Source: Candidatus Spongiisocius variivorans (lineage in GTDB: Bacteria; Actinomycetota; Acidimicrobiia; Spongiisociales; Spongiisociaceae). Taken from it: DNA of 31,777 bases. The notes beneath the pieces were generated by a model that searched no databases, was not told the DNA's origin, and saw only the letters and a program-made list of their open reading frames with translations. How positions within the stretch are numbered: position 1 is the stretch's first letter; each line of letters opens with the position of its first letter. Below, in pieces: positions 17,489-26,993 of the stretch. The stretch spans positions 1 to 31,777 of the forward strand of contig JAPYNS010000180.1 in assembly GCA_028279005.1 (NCBI GenBank). Direction: 5' to 3'. Both the position numbers and the translations under genes were made by a program.

Positions 17489-18634
17489 GTGGATCTGCTC
17501 GAGCACCAGGGAAAAGAATTCTTCGGTCGGTACGGGCTTCCCGTGTCGCCCGGTTTCGTAGCTCGAGGAGTGCCCGGGGCGCGTGAGATAGCGGACCGGC
17601 TCGGTTACCCAGTGGTGGTGAAGGCCCAGGTCCACATCGGAGGCCGAGGCAAGGCCGGCGGCATCAGGTTGGCCCAGGACGCCGAGGAGGTGACAGCCGC
17701 CGCCGAGTCCATCCTGGGTATGGACATCGGGGGCCACACGGTGGGTTGCGTCCTCGTGGAAGAAGCCGCCCGGATCGCCGCCGAGTACTACGCCAGCTTC
17801 ACTCTTGACCGTTCCGGCGGCCGCTATCTGGGCATGCTGTCCGCCCGGGGCGGGGTGGACATCGAGGCGGTGGCGGAGTCGGACCCCGGCAGCATCGCCA
17901 GGATGTGGGTGGATCCTGTCGAGGGTCTGGACGAGTCCGAAGTCCGGGGGTGGGTCCGAGCCGCCCGGCTCGACGAAACGGCCGCCGACGAACTGGTGGA
18001 GGTGCTGCTCCAGCTCTACCAGGCCTTCGTGGATGGTGACGCCGACCTGGTCGAGATCAATCCCCTGATCCTGACGACCGACGGACGGGTCCGTGTCCTC
18101 GATGCCAAGGTAACCCTGGACGACAACTCGCTGTTCCGCCATCCCGAGTACAGCGCCTATGACGCTACCCAACCCCGGGACGAGCGCGAGGCATCGGCCC
18201 ATGCCCTGGGCCTGCAGTACGTGGGGCTCGACGGAACGGTGGGCGTGATAGCCAACGGCGCCGGGCTGGCCATGAGCACGGTGGATGTGGTGGCACAAGC
18301 CGGCGGCGCGGCCGCCAACTTCCTCGACATCGGCGGGGGCGCGGACGCAGACACGATGGCCGCCGCACTCCGGGTCATCAACAACGACCCCTCGGTCAAG
18401 GCGATCTTCATCAACATCTTCGGCGGGATCGTGCAGGGAGAGGTGGTGGCCCAGGGCATCCTCGACGCGCTGGATCGGGTCGAGTTGCGAGCCCCCATCG
18501 TTCTGCGGCTCGATGGCACCAACGCCGACCAGGGCCGGGCGATGGTGGCGCCCCAGCTATCGGAGATGCTGATGATGGCCGATTCGATGTCCGGCGGCGC
18601 CGCCCGCGCCGTGGAGATAGCGGGTAGTGGATGA
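17489..18634 (+). CDS. sucC: Succinate--CoA ligase beta subunit
   Basis: MDLLEHQGKE, VKAQVHIGGRGKAGG, EINPL, NGAGLAMST, ANFLDIGGG, NIFGGI. Confidence 0.97.
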   Translation: MDLLEHQGKEFFGRYGLPVSPGFVARGVPGAREIADRLGYPVVVKAQVHIGGRGKAGGIRLAQDAEEVTAAAESILGMDIGGHTVGCVLVEEAARIAAEYYASFTLDRSGGRYLGMLSARGGVDIEAVAESDPGSIARMWVDPVEGLDESEVRGWVRAARLDETAADELVEVLLQLYQAFVDGDADLVEINPLILTTDGRVRVLDAKVTLDDNSLFRHPEYSAYDATQPRDEREASAHALGLQYVGLDGTVGVIANGAGLAMSTVDVVAQAGGAAANFLDIGGGADADTMAAALRVINNDPSVKAIFINIFGGIVQGEVVAQGILDALDRVELRAPIVLRLDGTNADQGRAMVAPQLSEMLMMADSMSGGAARAVEIAGSG

Positions 18635-19515
18635 GTATCTGGCTAGACGAGCGCAGCAGGGTGGTCTACCAGGGGCTGACCGGGCGCGCCGGCCGCTTCC
18701 ATGCGCTCCGGAACCGCGCCTACGGCACCCGGGTTGTGGCCGGTACCAACCCGTCCAAGGCCGGGACCTCGGTGGAGGGCATCCCGGTGTTCGCCACGGT
18801 CGGCGACGCGGTGGAGGCCACCGGCGCTGACGTTTCCTGCGTGTTCGTTCCCGCTCCCTACGTCAGGGGTGCGGTGGTGGAGGCGGCCGAGGGAGGCGTG
18901 ACCCTGGTGGTGGTGATCACCGAGGGCGTGCCTGCCAAGGACGAGGCCTGGCTGGGCGGCAAGCTCGGGCGTGATCACCCGGAGGTCCGGGTGATCGGTC
19001 CTAACTGTCCCGGTCTGATCAGCCCCGGCAAGGCCAATGTCGGCATCACCGCCAGCGACATCGCCCTGCCCGGCGGCCCGGTAGGCCTGGTCAGCCGCTC
19101 CGGCACCCTCACCTACCAGGCCCTCTACGAACTGAAGCAGGGCGGGATCGGGGTTACCACCTGCGTGGGGATCGGCGGTGATCCGGTTCCCGGGACGTCC
19201 TTTACCGACTGCCTGGCCGCTTTCGAGGAAGACCCCGAGACCGGCGCTGTGATGATGATTGGGGAGATCGGCGGGTCGGCGGAGGAGGAGGCGGCCGCGT
19301 TCATCGCCGAACACATGACCAAACCGGTGGTTGCCTACATCGCCGGGATCACCGCTCCACCGGGCAAGAAGATGGGCCATGCCGGGGCCATCGTCTCAGG
19401 CGGGAAGGGAACCGCCGCCGCCAAGATCGAGACCCTGGGTGCAGCCGGTGTGCGGGTGGGGGAGAGCCCGGCGGAGGCCGGGAGCCTCATGGTGGAAGTG
19501 GTCGCCGACCTCTGA
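18631..19515 (+). CDS. sucD: Succinate--CoA ligase alpha subunit
   Basis: QGLTG, IGPNCPG, SRSGTLTY, GIGGDP, GEIGG, KKMGHAGA (phospho-His). Confidence 0.97.
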   Translation: MSIWLDERSRVVYQGLTGRAGRFHALRNRAYGTRVVAGTNPSKAGTSVEGIPVFATVGDAVEATGADVSCVFVPAPYVRGAVVEAAEGGVTLVVVITEGVPAKDEAWLGGKLGRDHPEVRVIGPNCPGLISPGKANVGITASDIALPGGPVGLVSRSGTLTYQALYELKQGGIGVTTCVGIGGDPVPGTSFTDCLAAFEEDPETGAVMMIGEIGGSAEEEAAAFIAEHMTKPVVAYIAGITAPPGKKMGHAGAIVSGGKGTAAAKIETLGAAGVRVGESPAEAGSLMVEVVADL

Positions 19516-19572
19516 TGATCCGGGCGCCGGCTTGCTGAAGCGGATCTCACCACCGCCCTACCGATCCGGGGG

Positions 19573-21111
19573 GTGGTGAGCTTGAACCGCCGGGCACTCC
19601 TGTCGGTATTCGACAAGTCGGGGCTGGTCGAGTTCGCCACCGGGCTGGTCGAAGCGGGATGGCAACTGCTGGCGAGCGGCGGGACCGCCGCGGCCCTGGC
19701 GGGTGCCGGACTCGAGGTCACCGACCTGGCCGACCACACCGGCTTTCCGGCCATGCTTGGCCATCGGGTGGTCACGCTCCATCCGAAGGTCCACGGAGGC
19801 ATCCTGGCCGATCGATCGGACCCCGACCACCAGGCCGACATGGATCGGTACGGGATCGAGCCGATCGACCTGGTGGTGGTGAACCTCTACCCCTTCGAGG
19901 CCAAGCCCGGAGTGGAGACCATTGACGTCGGCGGTCCCACCCTCATTAGGGCGGCGGCCAAGAACCATCACCATGTCGGGGTGGTATGCGACCCGTCGGA
20001 TTACGCGGCTGTTCTCGACGAGATCCGCTCCGGGGGGTGGCTGTCTGGTCCGACACGCCGGTCTCTGGCCAGGAAGGCCTTCGCCCGCACCGCCGCCTAT
20101 GACGGAACGATCGTGAGCTGGCTCGACGATCACCACGAGGAAACCCTCCTCCCGCCGACCCTCCACCTTTCGTTGGAGCGGGCCGCAGTGCTCCGCTACG
20201 GGGAGAATCCCGATCAACCGGCAGCTCGCTATCTGCGCGTCGGGACCCCCGGCTCCGCGGAGGATGCCGAGGATTGGTGGAACGCCGTGGTCCAGCACGG
20301 GGGCGTGCCGCTGAGCTACCTCAACCTGCTGGATGCCGGAGCGGCCTGGGCCCTGGTCCACGACCTCGGTGATCAGCCGGCGGCGGCGATCATCAAGCAC
20401 GCCGGGCCGTGCGGCGCCGCTATCGGAGAGGATCCAGCCGGCGCCTACCGCAAGGCGCTGGAGTGTGACGAGAGGGCTGCCTTTGGCGGGGTGGTGGCCC
20501 TGAACCGGCCGGCGGATCTCGAGACGGCGGCGCTGGTTGATGGGGCGCCGCAAGCGGATGTCATCATCGCCCCCGGTTATGCCGAGGGGGTGGTCGAGCG
20601 GATCCGGGCTCGGCGAGCCGGCACCCGGGTCCTCGAAGCTCCGGCTCCGCGGCGCGCCGGCCGGACGGTGCGCCAGATCGAAGGGGGCTGGCTGGTGCAG
20701 GGCGTATCACCCGACGTATCGGGCAGGTCGGGATGGCGGGTGGGGAGCCGGCGCGATCCCGGCCATCTGGTGCAAGATGCCGAATTCGCGTGGCGGGTCG
20801 CCGCCCACGTGGCCTCCAATGCTGCGGTCCTGGCCAGGAACGGCACCGCCTTGGGAATCGGCGGCGGGCAGCAGGACCGGGTGGGAGCGGTGGAGATCGC
20901 TGTCCGCAAGGCGTCCGGACGGGCGGCGGGCGGGGTGTGCGCCTCGGATGGGTTCATCCCGTTCGCCGACGCGATAGAGGCGGCCGCATCCGCGGGCGTA
21001 GAGTTGATCATCCAACCCGGCGGCTCGGTGAACGACCAGGCGGTCGTGGAGGCGGCGGATCGGCTCGGCCTATCGATGATCTTCACCGGCCGGCGGCGAT
21101 TCCGGCACTGA
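19573..21111 (+). CDS. purH: Bifunctional AICAR formyltransferase/IMP cyclohydrolase
   Basis: RALLSVFDKSG, TLHPKVHGGIL, VVNLYPF, IDVGGPTLIRAAAKNH, LRYGENP, IIQPGGSVND, FTGRRRFRH. Confidence 0.95.
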   Translation: MVSLNRRALLSVFDKSGLVEFATGLVEAGWQLLASGGTAAALAGAGLEVTDLADHTGFPAMLGHRVVTLHPKVHGGILADRSDPDHQADMDRYGIEPIDLVVVNLYPFEAKPGVETIDVGGPTLIRAAAKNHHHVGVVCDPSDYAAVLDEIRSGGWLSGPTRRSLARKAFARTAAYDGTIVSWLDDHHEETLLPPTLHLSLERAAVLRYGENPDQPAARYLRVGTPGSAEDAEDWWNAVVQHGGVPLSYLNLLDAGAAWALVHDLGDQPAAAIIKHAGPCGAAIGEDPAGAYRKALECDERAAFGGVVALNRPADLETAALVDGAPQADVIIAPGYAEGVVERIRARRAGTRVLEAPAPRRAGRTVRQIEGGWLVQGVSPDVSGRSGWRVGSRRDPGHLVQDAEFAWRVAAHVASNAAVLARNGTALGIGGGQQDRVGAVEIAVRKASGRAAGGVCASDGFIPFADAIEAAASAGVELIIQPGGSVNDQAVVEAADRLGLSMIFTGRRRFRH

Positions 21112-21125
21112 GAAGGGACGGTCAG

Positions 21126-21986
21126 ATGGGCGCACAGGTCCTCGATGGCAAAGCAGTGGCGCGAGAGGTTCTGGACGAGACCGCCGAACGGGTGGCCGCC
21201 CTGCGCGACCGGGGAAAGGAAACCACCCTGGCGACCGTGCTGGTGGGGGATGACCCTGCCTCGGCCGCCTACGTTCGGTCCAAACGCAGGCGGGCCGCGG
21301 AGGTAGGCATTCGCTCCGTCCACCATGGACTAGGCAGCGACGTGTCCCAGGACCGGGTGGTGGACCTCCTCCGGCGTCTCAACGACGATCCATCCGTGGA
21401 TGGCATCCTGCTCCAGCTCCCCCTCCCGGACGGATTGGACGACCAGGGCACCGCGCTCGAGATCGATCCGGCCAAGGATGTGGACGGTCTTCATCCCACC
21501 AACCTCGGGATGATCGTTCTGGATCGTCCCGTGTTCGCCCCCTGCACGCCGAGCGGATGCCTCCGCATCCTTCAGCACTACGGCATCCCCATCCGGGGTG
21601 CGAACGTGGTGGTGGTGGGACGTTCCTTCCTGGTGGGGCGACCCCTGGCGTTGCTCTTGGCTGCGCGCGGCGCCGACGCCACGGTCACGATCGCCCACTC
21701 CCGGACGGCGGACCTGGCCGGCGTCGCCCGCCGGGCCGACATCCTGGTGGTGGCGGTCGGCAGGCCGGAGATGGTGACCGCCTGCTACGTCCGGGAGGGC
21801 GCCGTGGTGATCGACGTCGGAATCAACCGGAACGAGGCGGGTTCGCTGGTGGGAGACGTCAAGTATGACGAGGTGGCCGAGGTGGCGTCCGCCATCACCC
21901 CAGTACCCGGCGGCGTCGGTCCCATGACCGTGGCCATGCTCATGCACAACACGGCCATAGCCGCTGGGATGAGGGAGCCTACCTAG
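21126..21986 (+). CDS. folD: Methylenetetrahydrofolate dehydrogenase/cyclohydrolase
   Basis: LVGDDPASAAYV, GILLQLPLP, KDVDGLHP, PCTP, VGRSFLVGRP, ITPVPGGVGPMT. ATG at 21126. Confidence 0.96.
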   Translation: MGAQVLDGKAVAREVLDETAERVAALRDRGKETTLATVLVGDDPASAAYVRSKRRRAAEVGIRSVHHGLGSDVSQDRVVDLLRRLNDDPSVDGILLQLPLPDGLDDQGTALEIDPAKDVDGLHPTNLGMIVLDRPVFAPCTPSGCLRILQHYGIPIRGANVVVVGRSFLVGRPLALLLAARGADATVTIAHSRTADLAGVARRADILVVAVGRPEMVTACYVREGAVVIDVGINRNEAGSLVGDVKYDEVAEVASAITPVPGGVGPMTVAMLMHNTAIAAGMREPT

Positions 21987-21997
21987 GGGGTTGTAGA

Positions 21998-22039
21998 AGT
22001 GGTCAGTGGTCAGTGGCAACTACTAACTATCAACCAACC
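21998..22039. repeat. Inverted 7-bp-period micro-array between convergent folD and menC-like genes
   Basis: agtggtc agtggtc agtggca | actacta actatca accaacc. The second half is approximately complementary to the first (G-U pairs allowed). Confidence 0.6.
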
Positions 22040-22041
22040 GG

Positions 22042-23091
22042 TTAGAGGACGAATTCAGCCTTGCGTCTGACGCAGTCGGACAAGGGTGGCTCGGCGGTAC
22101 TCACCTCTACGCCGCGCTCGTCGAGCGGGAACAGAAGTCCGTCCACCACCTCCCATGCGTGAGGGGACGGGTCGGCGGCCAGCAGCCACAAGGGGGGGAC
22201 CAGGTCGGTATAGGAGACCGAAGGCCGGGAGGCCAGGGCCAGGGCGTGGGCCCGTCCCACCGAAGTCTCCACCAGGCCACCGATCTTGGCGCCTATCCCG
22301 GCCGAGGAGAGCATCTCGATCGACCTCAGCGTCGCGGCCGGTCCCAGGATGCCGGGCTTCAGGCTCACGAGGTCGGCCGCCTCGTGCTCGATGATCCGCT
22401 CCACGGCGGCCGCGGTGGTGGCCGGCTCGTCCAGGCAGATCGGGGTCGCCAACTGCCTGCGCAAGCGGGCGTGACCCTCCAGGTCCCGACCCGGCAACGG
22501 TTGCTCCAGGTAGGCCAGGCCCAGTTCGTCGAGCTCCGCCGGTGACGGGTTGTCCAGCCGGTAACTGCCGTTGGCATCAGCAGCGACCGAGAGGCCCGGG
22601 AACCGTTCGCGAACCGCCCTCACGTGGTCGACGTCCCTCCCGGGCTCGATCTTGATCTTCACCTGCTGGGCGCCGGCCTCACTCATCCGTTCGACCCGAA
22701 CGACCAGCAGGTCGGGTGACTCCTCCAGGCCGATGGCCGAGCATGCCATCGACGGCCCTCCGGATCCGCCGAGATAGGACCACAGCGGGACACCGGCTCG
22801 CCGGGCGGCCAGATCTGCCAGGGCCTGCTCGAGAGCAGCGGCCGCGGTAGCGGGAAGTCCCGCGCGCGCACTACCGAGCAAGCGAGCGCCCCGGGCGGTC
22901 AGCGCCTCCCAGACATCCCCCACGGTCTCGAGCGTGTAGGCGGGATAGGGCGCCGCCTCCCCCCAGCCGGTCGAGCCGTCCTCGGTGACTCCCACCAGTA
23001 CGACCCGACGTTCAGAGATGGCGGCGATGGAGTTGGAGAACCGGTGGCGGAGTGGAATGCCCAACTCGACCAAATGCAGGAAGCGGGACAT
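22042..23091 (-). CDS. o-succinylbenzoate synthase / N-acylamino-acid racemase (enolase superfamily)
   Basis: GWGEAAP, KxK motif VKIKI, metal ligands in DANG, LEQP and LDE, second Lys in LKPG. Candidate -10 box TATCCT 6 nt upstream. Confidence 0.85.
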   Translation of the reverse strand: MSRFLHLVELGIPLRHRFSNSIAAISERRVVLVGVTEDGSTGWGEAAPYPAYTLETVGDVWEALTARGARLLGSARAGLPATAAAALEQALADLAARRAGVPLWSYLGGSGGPSMACSAIGLEESPDLLVVRVERMSEAGAQQVKIKIEPGRDVDHVRAVRERFPGLSVAADANGSYRLDNPSPAELDELGLAYLEQPLPGRDLEGHARLRRQLATPICLDEPATTAAAVERIIEHEAADLVSLKPGILGPAATLRSIEMLSSAGIGAKIGGLVETSVGRAHALALASRPSVSYTDLVPPLWLLAADPSPHAWEVVDGLLFPLDERGVEVSTAEPPLSDCVRRKAEFVL

Positions 23092-23178
23092 GCCGGAAGG
23101 ATACCGGCGGCCATACCTGCGGAGTCACTAGGCTCGCGGCGGTTGGGAACGAGGAACTCAGTACAGACAGGAGTCGCC

Positions 23179-24450
23179 ATGCCGGACCGCATCACCATGG
23201 GAGAAGCGGGGCTGGAGGTACCCGACGAGCCGATCGTTCCCTTCATCGAGGGCGACGGGATCGGACCGGACATCTGGCGAGCCGCCAGAGAGGTGTTCGA
23301 TGCCGCGGTCGAGCACGTCTACGGGGGTGGTCGCCGGATAGCCTGGCACGAGATCTACGCCGGAGAGACATCCTTCAAGAGGAACGGCGAGTGGCTCCCG
23401 GACGAGACGATCGAGGCGTTCCAGGAATACCTCGTGGGCATCAAGGGCCCGCTCACTACTCCCGTCGGGGGCGGGATCCGTTCGTTGAACGTCACGATCC
23501 GCCAGACCCTCGACCTGTACGCCTGCCTCCGGCCGGTTCGTTGGTACCGGGGCATTCCATCGCCGATCCGCACCCCGCACCTGGTGGACATGGTCATCTT
23601 TCGGGAGAACACCGAGGATGTGTATGCCGGCATGGAGGTGGAGGAAGCCAGCGACGAGGCCGGAAGGCTGATCGGGTTCCTGGCTGATGAGTTCGGCTGG
23701 AAGATCAAGCCGGATTCCGGCGTGGGCATCAAACCCATATCGGACGGCGGCTCCAAGCGCCTGGTGCGCGCCGCCATCCAGTACGCCATTATGTTCGGGC
23801 GGCGATCCGTCACCCTCGTCCACAAGGGCAACATCATGAAGTTCACCGAGGGAGCCTTCCGGAACTGGGGATACGAGGTGGCCCGGGAGGAGTTCGCGAA
23901 GGAGACTGTCACGTGGGACGAGTGCGGGGGAGAGCCGGGTAACAAGATCCTGATCCAGGACGTGATCGCTGACGCCATGTTGCAGCAGGTGCTGACCCGT
24001 CCCGCAAACTACGACGTCATCGCCACCACCAACCTGAACGGCGACTACCTGTCGGACGCCCTGGCCGCCCAGGTGGGAGGCATCGGACTGGCGCCGGGCG
24101 GGAACATCAACTACGCCACCGGCCATGCCGTCTTCGAGGCCACCCACGGCACCGCTCCCAAGTATGCCGGATTGGACAAGGTCAATCCGGGCTCGGTGAT
24201 CCTCTCAGGCGCCAACATGCTCCGCTACATGGGTTGGCGGGGGGCCGCCGATCTGATCGAATCCAGCCTGGAAGCTGTGATAGGGGATCGGATCGTGACC
24301 TACGACCTGGCCCGGCTGATGAAATATTCCACCGAGGTCCGGACTTCCGAGTTCGCCGCCGCCCTGGTGGAGCGGATGCCGATCATCGAACGCTACGCCG
24401 CCATGAGCGGGACCCGGCGGGCGCCGAGCCACGTCCGGGCCTACATGTAG
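23179..24450 (+). CDS. icd: NADP-dependent isocitrate dehydrogenase (E. coli-type dimer)
   Basis: [72 protein letters not shown] 23179 after AGGAG. Confidence 0.97.
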   Translation: MPDRITMGEAGLEVPDEPIVPFIEGDGIGPDIWRAAREVFDAAVEHVYGGGRRIAWHEIYAGETSFKRNGEWLPDETIEAFQEYLVGIKGPLTTPVGGGIRSLNVTIRQTLDLYACLRPVRWYRGIPSPIRTPHLVDMVIFRENTEDVYAGMEVEEASDEAGRLIGFLADEFGWKIKPDSGVGIKPISDGGSKRLVRAAIQYAIMFGRRSVTLVHKGNIMKFTEGAFRNWGYEVAREEFAKETVTWDECGGEPGNKILIQDVIADAMLQQVLTRPANYDVIATTNLNGDYLSDALAAQVGGIGLAPGGNINYATGHAVFEATHGTAPKYAGLDKVNPGSVILSGANMLRYMGWRGAADLIESSLEAVIGDRIVTYDLARLMKYSTEVRTSEFAAALVERMPIIERYAAMSGTRRAPSHVRAYM

Positions 24451-24481
24451 GATCAAGTGGTCTGACCAGGGAGATCCGGAC

Positions 24482-25429
24482 GTGACCCGTTCGAAGAAGA
24501 TCACGGTTGTGGGCGCGGGAAAGTACGGTTCCTCCACCGCGCAACGGCTAGCGGCCATGGACATCGCCGACGAGGTGGTGATGACCGACATCGTGGAGGG
24601 GCTGCCCCAGGGTCTTGCGCTGGACATGAACCAGTCGCGTCCCGTCGAGCGGTACCGCACCCGGGTGATCGGTTCCAACGGCTACGAGGAGACGGCGGGG
24701 AGCGATGTCGGCATCATCACGGCCGGGCTGGCCCGCAAGCCCGGAATGTCGCGCATGGACCTCTTGGCGGTCAACGCCAAGATCGTCCGGCAGGTCACTC
24801 GAGAGCTGGTCGATCGGTCCCCGGATGTGACCATCATCATGGTGACCAACCCGCTGGATCAGATGACCGTCCTGGCGGCCGACGTGAGCGGCCTGCCTCG
24901 GCACCGGGTGATGGGACAGGCAGGTGTGCTGGACTCGTCCCGCTTCGCCCACTTCATCGCCGAGCGCCTCGGGGTGGACATTCTCTCGGTGGAGGCTCTG
25001 ACTCTAGGAAGCCACGGCGCGACCATGGTCCCCGTGCCGTCCCAGTGCTTCGTGGACGGGACGCCCCTGCCGCGGATCCTTGCCGAGGATGAAATCGAGG
25101 GGCTGGTGGAGAGGACCCGGGGTGGCGGTGCGGAGATCGTCGCATACCTGAAGACGGGGAGCGCCTTCTACGCTCCTTCGTCGGCGGCTGCCCTCATGGC
25201 GCGGGCGATCCTCAACGACGAGGGCCGGGTGGTGCCGGTATGCGCCTGGCTCACGGGGGAGTACGGGTTGTCGGACATTTACCTGGGCGTTCCGGCCCGT
25301 CTCGGCGCGGCGGGTGTGGGGGAAGTCGTCGAGTTGGACCTCACCGCTACCGAACGAGCCGGTCTCCACGCCGCGGCCGCCGCGGTGCGGGACAAGATTG
25401 AGGAGATGAAGACGATCCTGCGCGGCTGA
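24482..25429 (+). CDS. mdh: Malate dehydrogenase (LDH-like)
   Basis: ITVVGAGKYG, TAGLARKPGMSRMDLL, VTNPLD, LDSSRF, GSHG, GGAEIV..LKTGSA. Confidence 0.95.
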   Translation: MTRSKKITVVGAGKYGSSTAQRLAAMDIADEVVMTDIVEGLPQGLALDMNQSRPVERYRTRVIGSNGYEETAGSDVGIITAGLARKPGMSRMDLLAVNAKIVRQVTRELVDRSPDVTIIMVTNPLDQMTVLAADVSGLPRHRVMGQAGVLDSSRFAHFIAERLGVDILSVEALTLGSHGATMVPVPSQCFVDGTPLPRILAEDEIEGLVERTRGGGAEIVAYLKTGSAFYAPSSAAALMARAILNDEGRVVPVCAWLTGEYGLSDIYLGVPARLGAAGVGEVVELDLTATERAGLHAAAAAVRDKIEEMKTILRG

Positions 25430-25463
25430 GCATGTCCGTATCGTCCGGTAAGAGAGAAGCAAG

Positions 25464-25739
25464 ATGAATAAGCGTGATCTGGCAGATGTGGTCGCCTACG
25501 AGACCGGAACGGCACGGAGCCGGGCCATGGCGAGTGTCAACTTGGTGTTCGAGACCATCGCGGAAGCTCTCCGGGAGGGAGCAGACGTCCGGATCACCGG
25601 GTTCGGCACGTTCGAGGTGAGGCAACGCACGGCTCGGACCGGTCGCAATCCCCGGACAGGCGAGGCGGTCGATATCCCGGCTGCCAGAGTCCCCGCCTTC
25701 AAGCCTTCGAGGGCCCTAAAGGACCGCATCAACAGCTAG
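25464..25739 (+). CDS. hup: HU family nucleoid DNA-binding protein
   Basis: MNKRDL, ITGFGTFEVRQRTARTGRNPRTGE, PAFKPSRALK. Confidence 0.93.
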   Translation: MNKRDLADVVAYETGTARSRAMASVNLVFETIAEALREGADVRITGFGTFEVRQRTARTGRNPRTGEAVDIPAARVPAFKPSRALKDRINS

Positions 25740-25806
25740 TTGCTACAGACCGACCACGGGGGACCCGCGACTACTAACAAACGCTCATAGCGTGGTCACG
25801 CGCTAG
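25736..25806 (+). repeat. Interspersed element copy E (CTAG on both sides)
   Basis: CTAG(25736, HU stop)-ttgctaca-gaccgaccacg-ggggacccgcga-ctactaacaaacgctcatagcgtggtcacgcg-CTAG(25803). Confidence 0.85.
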
Positions 25807-25807
25807 T

Positions 25808-26197
25808 TCAGTACTCCACGTCGAGCCCGGAGACGGCATCCGCCAGGTGGTCCAGCGCTCGCTGGTTTAAAAGCAGCTTGGCAACGTTGCCCGAGATGGA
25901 CAGCTTCCCGCTGAAGAAGGCGCTCTGGATCTTCAGTGTGCCCTGGGAGATGGACGCCGCGGTGGCATAGTCGGTCCTCACGGTGAGGTCGGCCTGCCCC
26001 AGGGTCCCGATCTCCAGGGAGGCATCATCGTGGGCCACGTCGAGGTAGTAGCGGGCAGCACCCCCGTCGGGGACTTGATCGATCTCGAACTGGACCGAGA
26101 ACTCGATGCCCTCCACCGCGGGCCCGAATCCGGGATGGTCATGCACTGCCGCAGTCACCTCTTCGGCCCACTCGGCGCTCAGGAACCTAGCCGCCAC
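25808..26197 (-). CDS. SCP2 sterol/lipid-binding domain protein
   Basis: FLSAEW, ADLTVRTDY, AFFSGKLSISGNVAKLL. GTG at 26197 follows GGAGG; the ORF track starts at 26212. Confidence 0.8.
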   Translation of the reverse strand: MAARFLSAEWAEEVTAAVHDHPGFGPAVEGIEFSVQFEIDQVPDGGAARYYLDVAHDDASLEIGTLGQADLTVRTDYATAASISQGTLKIQSAFFSGKLSISGNVAKLLLNQRALDHLADAVSGLDVEY

Positions 26198-26221
26198 GGG
26201 GGCTACCTCCATGATGCTCCA

Positions 26222-26983
26222 TCACCTCTGCCCTTCCAGCTTGCGGTTGCGAATCTTCGAAAACAGGTAGTCGCGGTTCATCAGGGCGATGTTATCCACC
26301 GAGATCTCTTTGGGACAGGCCGGCTCGCACTCTCCGTGGTTGGTGCAGGAGCCGAAGTACTCCTCCATGGTCTCCACCATCCGCTCGACCCGCATCCAGC
26401 GCTCCGGTTGGCCTTGCGGTATCAGGTTGAGGTGGGCGACCTTGGCGGCGGTGAACAGCTGGGCTGCTCCATTGGGACAGGCGGCCACGCACGCCCCGCA
26501 TCCGATGCAGGCCGCCGCATCCATGGCGGCGTCAGCCGTTTCCTTAGGGACGGGCGTCAGGTTGGCCTCGGGCGCCGATCCGGTCGGGGCGCTGATGTAG
26601 CCCCCTGCCTCGATGATCCGGTCGAACGCTCCACGGTCTACGACCAGGTCGCGCACGATCGGGAAAGAGGTGGCCCGCCAGGGCTCGATCACGATGGTGT
26701 CACCATCCGAGAACTCCCGCATGTGGAGCTGGCAGGTCGCGGTGCTTCCCTGTGGTCCGTGTGCTCGGCCGTCGATCATCATGCCGCACGATCCGCAGAT
26801 ACCCTCCCTGCAGTCGTGGTCGAAGGCGATCGGTTCGCGTCCTCCGGTCACGAGGCGCTCGTTGATGAGATCGAGCATCTCGAGGAACGACATGTCCTGG
26901 TGGATGCCGGCGGCCTCATATGTCTCGAACCGGCCTTCCGCCCCGGGGCCGTCCTGCCGCCATACCCGCAACGTCAGATGCAT
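26222..26983 (-). CDS. sdhB: Succinate dehydrogenase/fumarate reductase iron-sulfur subunit
   Basis: [36 protein letters not shown]. Start at [10 protein letters not shown]. Confidence 0.95.
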   Translation of the reverse strand: MHLTLRVWRQDGPGAEGRFETYEAAGIHQDMSFLEMLDLINERLVTGGREPIAFDHDCREGICGSCGMMIDGRAHGPQGSTATCQLHMREFSDGDTIVIEPWRATSFPIVRDLVVDRGAFDRIIEAGGYISAPTGSAPEANLTPVPKETADAAMDAAACIGCGACVAACPNGAAQLFTAAKVAHLNLIPQGQPERWMRVERMVETMEEYFGSCTNHGECEPACPKEISVDNIALMNRDYLFSKIRNRKLEGQR

Positions 26984-26993
26984 GCGGCCTCTC

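Noticed and set aside
19516-19572. ZTP (pfl) riboswitch upstream of purH
   Set aside because: The gap is only 57 bp and the conserved pfl motifs are not visible.
20733-21125. 131-aa N-terminal extension of FolD in the ORF track
   Set aside because: It overlaps purH in another frame. FolD homology begins at ATG 21126, after an AGAAGGG SD.
3624-25806. Repeats read as a CRISPR array
   Set aside because: The copies are dispersed kilobases apart with no regular spacers, and no cas genes are present.
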